Shown: piece after piece, positions 60,308 through 64,000 of the stretch
Layout: each line of letters begins with the position of its first letter
Position numbering within the stretch: the stretch's first letter is position 1
Assembly: GCA_963666985.2 (NCBI GenBank)
Contig: CAXXIA010000002.1
Coordinates: forward strand, 416,001 to 480,000
Direction: 5' to 3'
DNA length: 64,000 bases
Source of the DNA: Spirochaetia bacterium
GTDB lineage: Bacteria; Spirochaetota; Spirochaetia; DSM-2461
Notes under the pieces: model-generated
The model's database searches: none
The model's input: only the letters and a program-made list of their open reading frames with translations
Told to the model about the DNA's origin: nothing
Translations under genes and position numbers: made by a program

Positions 60308-62215
60308 ATGGAATATTACATTTTCCTTATTCTTGCACCTTTCTCTTTAGGCATTTTAATTGTTACAGGTGTAGTTATTGGTATGAGGTATCATAATCCT
60401 TTGCCAAGAACTCTTTTGTGCTTTTTCATTTGTGTAATATGTTATCTATCCGCAAATATTGTTGAATTATTATTACCTTCGCCTGAACAGACAAATAAAA
60501 CAGCCATGATCGGACATATTTTCTTTTCATTTCTCCCCGTTATATGGCTTAGATTTTCAATATTGTACGTAGGAAACCGCAGATTAAAAGAAATTTGGAA
60601 AATTTTTCCATTTTGTATAATTCCGGTTATTACAATTATACTTATGTTTACCACAAACAAGCATCATCTATTTTGGAAAAGCATTGACTATATACAAATA
60701 GATCGAATGTTAACTATGGATGCCGATTACGGACCATGGATGTGGATATATGGTTTTTACAATGATACCATATATATCATTGGTGTTATTTTAATCTTGC
60801 AGGCTGTAATAGGGAGTAAAAAATTATACAAGAAGCAATCTGGAATCATTATCACGGCAATAATGATTCCTCTGATTTTTAATGCGCTATATGCATTTCG
60901 CATGCTACCCTTTTTACAAAAAGATTTCACATCAATCAGCTATTCTCTTACTGCGCTAATGTGTTTTATCGGTATTTCCAAACTCCAACTGCTTAGAATT
61001 GTTCCCGTAATTAGAAATAATATAATTCAAGATATGAGAATGGCTTATATTGTTTTTGATAAAATGTATAACATAATTGATTTCAACAATACAGCCGAAT
61101 CATTTTTCAATCTTAATGATCATCATCTTGGTCGGCCGCTTTCAACAATTACATCGCTTGAAAATTTTCTTAATCCTTTACTTTACAATAACAATGAATA
61201 CGGCGAACAGCAGATAGAGAAAAGCAACCAGTATTACAATGTCATCAAAATGGATCTTTCTAAGAAATCTTCTCATTATGAAGGATTCTTATATACAATA
61301 ATCGATGTCACTGCCGAAATCACTCTAATAAACGAGAAAACGGCTATGGCGGAAACTCTTAAAAGAATAAATTCAGAACTAAAAAGCGCTCAATCTATTA
61401 TTATTCAACAGGAAAAAATGGCTACGATAGGACAACTTACAGCCGGAATTGCGCATGAAATTAATAATCCTTTAAGCTTTGTTAAAAATAATTTCCACAT
61501 TTATGAACATTATTGGAAACTTTATAATAACATGATTTTATCTAATAAAGGAAACGGAATAATAGAGATTTCAAAAAAGACGAAAGAGCTTAAAGATCAA
61601 ATGGAAACAATTTTTCAAGACTCACAAGACGGCACAAATCGGGTAGTGAAAATAGTTCAGGATCTTCTCAAATTTTCACGCCCCGCAGAGAACTGTGAGA
61701 ATTTATTATGTGATCTCAATAAAAGCGTAGAAACCTGTCTGGCCATAATGGGGAATCAATTAAAATATACGGCTTGTTTTAAGAAAAAGACAGAAGAAAT
61801 TCCAAAAATAGAATGCCGCGAAACAGAAATAAACCAAGTTCTGATAAACCTACTTACAAACGCAGCCCATGCTGTTAAAACCCGCAAGGAAAACTGCAAA
61901 GAAAATTATGAGCCTTGTATAACATTAAATACATGGACTGATAAAAAGTCGGTTTTTTGTTCAATAACAGACAATGGGATATCGATTCGGAAGAAGGATA
62001 TTCCTTTTATCTTCGAACCATTTTTTACAACAAAGAAAAGCGGCGAAGGTACCGGATTAGGGCTCTCAATAGTAAAAGATATAATTGAAGGAAGATACAA
62101 CGGTAAAATAGATGTTGTGGTAGATAATCAAACTTCATTTATTCTTTCGATTCCCATCAAGCAAAAAATAATCAAAGATCGTATGTATCTTGAAGAGCCG
62201 ATGATAAACGTATGA
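60308..62215 (+). CDS. sensor histidine kinase with N-terminal 7TM (HisKA_7TM) and PAS-like domains
   Basis: 7 TM segments with TTNKHHLFW; QQEKMATIGQLTAGIAHEINNPL; FEPFFTTK..GEGTGLGL. Confidence 0.93.
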   Translation: MEYYIFLILAPFSLGILIVTGVVIGMRYHNPLPRTLLCFFICVICYLSANIVELLLPSPEQTNKTAMIGHIFFSFLPVIWLRFSILYVGNRRLKEIWKIFPFCIIPVITIILMFTTNKHHLFWKSIDYIQIDRMLTMDADYGPWMWIYGFYNDTIYIIGVILILQAVIGSKKLYKKQSGIIITAIMIPLIFNALYAFRMLPFLQKDFTSISYSLTALMCFIGISKLQLLRIVPVIRNNIIQDMRMAYIVFDKMYNIIDFNNTAESFFNLNDHHLGRPLSTITSLENFLNPLLYNNNEYGEQQIEKSNQYYNVIKMDLSKKSSHYEGFLYTIIDVTAEITLINEKTAMAETLKRINSELKSAQSIIIQQEKMATIGQLTAGIAHEINNPLSFVKNNFHIYEHYWKLYNNMILSNKGNGIIEISKKTKELKDQMETIFQDSQDGTNRVVKIVQDLLKFSRPAENCENLLCDLNKSVETCLAIMGNQLKYTACFKKKTEEIPKIECRETEINQVLINLLTNAAHAVKTRKENCKENYEPCITLNTWTDKKSVFCSITDNGISIRKKDIPFIFEPFFTTKKSGEGTGLGLSIVKDIIEGRYNGKIDVVVDNQTSFILSIPIKQKIIKDRMYLEEPMINV

Positions 62216-63024
62216 AGAAAACCATTTCCCGCTTTCCATCCTCAAGACTGGCGACGCACGACATCGGACGGCTGAGCATGCGAAAACATCACGTGGCCGG
62301 TTTCATTGAAGTCGACATTACCGAAGGACGCCGGCTGATCAAAAAAGGCATCAGGGAAGGCCGAAAAATCAGTCTGACATCATGGCTGGTAAAAGAAATC
62401 AGCCGCGCCATTGAAGAGAATCCTCAAATAAACGCCGTCCGTTCCTTCGGGCGGAGAGTGGTTCTTTTCGAGGATGTCAACATTTCGGTTCCCGTGGAAA
62501 AAACCGTCGGCGGGGAAAAAGTCCCCATCGTCAAACTGCTTATGAAAACGAACCGTATGAGCCTCGAAGAAATCCATGAAGAATTGGACGAAGGCCGCCG
62601 AAAAATCGTCGAAACCGAAAAAGACTACACGCCGACCCAAAAGTGGTACACACGCTTCAATAAACTTTTTTTCCATCTTCCGCAATTTCTCCGACTCGTT
62701 ATTTGGCGCTTGATTTTGCTGACCCCCGCATCGGTTCAGAAGAACATCGGCACCGCGATCGTAACGAACGCGGGAACCATCGGCAAAAACCCCGGATGGA
62801 TTCAGTCGAAAACGATACACAACATGTGTTTTGCCCTGGGCTCCATCGTGAAAAAAACCAAATTCATCAACGGAGAAGCCGCTCAAAGGGATATCCTGCA
62901 TTTGACGATCCTGGTTGATCACGATGTTATCGACGGGCTGCCGGCGGCGAAATTCATCACGGCGCTGGTAGGCAGCATTGAAGATGCCCGCGAATTGCAT
63001 GATGATCAAAGAGAAACGGTATGA
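62212..63024 (+). CDS. stand-alone 2-oxoacid dehydrogenase E2-like acyltransferase catalytic domain
   Basis: EVDIT, ENPQINA, VNISVPVE and LTILVDHDVIDGLPAAKF motifs; no lipoyl domain. Confidence 0.82.
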   Translation: MKKTISRFPSSRLATHDIGRLSMRKHHVAGFIEVDITEGRRLIKKGIREGRKISLTSWLVKEISRAIEENPQINAVRSFGRRVVLFEDVNISVPVEKTVGGEKVPIVKLLMKTNRMSLEEIHEELDEGRRKIVETEKDYTPTQKWYTRFNKLFFHLPQFLRLVIWRLILLTPASVQKNIGTAIVTNAGTIGKNPGWIQSKTIHNMCFALGSIVKKTKFINGEAAQRDILHLTILVDHDVIDGLPAAKFITALVGSIEDARELHDDQRETV

Positions 63025-63200
63025 ACCGCGCCGTGATTTTCGCTTAAAAAGCGCCGCCGTACGGCAAACCGGCCGTGCCGCTCCCGGACTCCGTGCGAAC
63101 GGCCGCCGCGACGCCCCGGGCCGGTCGGATTCGGCCTAATAAACGGGCCCGCCGCAGCAGCCGATCCCTGCATCCGGACGTCACGAAAGGAGGAGAAAAC

Positions 63201-63749
63201 ATGACTTCCGATTCCGACCGATCCGCACTTTTGTCTCTGGCCCGAAAGGCCATCGCCGAAAAGCTCGAAGGACGCAAACCGCCCGTGGCAAAGCTTCTTC
63301 CCTCCGGCGCATCCGCTCCATCCGGTTCCGGCGGCGCTTTCGTTACCCTCAGAATCGGTGAACATCTTCGGGGCTGCATCGGGCTGCTCCGCTCGAATGA
63401 ACCCGTGTCCGAGACCGTGGCCGAAATGGCCCGTTCGGCGGCCTTCGGCGACCCGCGTTTTCCCGCCCTTTCACGCAACGAGCTGGAAGAGATATCCGTC
63501 GAGATCTCACGGCTCTCGGAATTTTTCCCCATTACGCCCGATGAGGTTGTCGTCGGCAAACACGGCCTGCTGCTTCGCCTGGGTTTCCGTTCCGGTCTTC
63601 TGCTTCCTCAGGTTCCCGGTGAACAGGGATGGAACAAAGAACAGTACCTCTCCGGGCTTTGCCGTAAAGCGGGGCTTCCCGACGGAGCCTATAACGATCC
63701 TGAAGCCGAACTTCTGGCCTTTACGGCCGAGGTGTTCGGGGAAAATTGA
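63201..63749 (+). CDS. amrA: AMMECR1 domain protein (AmmeMemoRadiSam system protein A)
   Basis: GAFVTL..LRGCIG, AAFGDPRF, GLLLPQV and LCRKAGL motifs; AGGAGG before ATG 63201. Confidence 0.92.
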   Translation: MTSDSDRSALLSLARKAIAEKLEGRKPPVAKLLPSGASAPSGSGGAFVTLRIGEHLRGCIGLLRSNEPVSETVAEMARSAAFGDPRFPALSRNELEEISVEISRLSEFFPITPDEVVVGKHGLLLRLGFRSGLLLPQVPGEQGWNKEQYLSGLCRKAGLPDGAYNDPEAELLAFTAEVFGEN

Positions 63750-63958
63750 TGGGTATGTCACGAAAAGGCAAATTCGTTTCGGGGATATGCCGCAGGGGAA
63801 ATCGGCGGATTTCCGGCTCCGGCTTCCATCCTTCGAATTCTTTCCTACGAATCGAAAGCGGCAAGGCGGTGCGGCCGGAGCCGAAGCGCGCTTCCCAGCC
63901 CTTTGAGCTCACGCTACAATAGAGGATATACGGAACAATAACCAACAAGAGGAAAAAA

Positions 63959-64000
63959 ATGGACGACCAAGTGCTTAAAACGGCCGCGAATCAGATTCGC
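63959..64000 (+). CDS. tkt: 5' end of a gene, probably transketolase
   Basis: GAGG RBS then MDDQVLKTAANQIR, resembling the transketolase N-terminal AN.IR; only 14 codons visible. Confidence 0.45.
   Translation, partial: MDDQVLKTAANQIR

Noticed and set aside
63062..63110. GGCAAACC suggesting a c-di-GMP-I riboswitch
   Set aside because: Lacks the following GNRA-capped stem and GACGCAAA/receptor elements

Overview
Chromosomal window from a moderately GC-rich bacterium. It is probably a free-living spirochaete; this is inferred from the style of the solute-binding-protein signal peptide and the gene content, not proven. Housekeeping and metabolic genes include cimA-leuB, topA, murE, ddl, lplA, surE, kduD-kdgK-eda-kduI with an IclR regulator, hpt, monomeric icd, proA-proB, a macro-domain gene, rqcH/NFACT, an AMMECR1-family gene and the start of tkt. 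They are interleaved with a sugar ABC operon ending in an ADP-ribosylglycohydrolase-family gene (missed by the ORF track), several c-di-GMP and two-component genes, RND/MATE/MFS transporters and a BspA-like lipoprotein. I saw no rRNA, tRNA, CRISPR array, transposase or phage gene. Highlights: (1) a complete ribosome-mediated attenuator (Leu/Ile-rich leader, 1:2, 2:3 and 3:4 helices) upstream of cimA-leuB; (2) a modular 129-bp tandem palindrome array inside the kdg operon, plus several MITE-like or palindromic intergenic elements, two with clean terminal inverted repeats and target duplications; (3) paired IclR operators; (4) a candidate anti-Shine-Dalgarno sRNA or small ORF; (5) an AT-rich two-gene signalling islet; (6) two single-base homopolymer frameshifts (leuB and a Cache kinase) that may be sequencing errors. 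I cannot claim a clearly novel multi-gene system.
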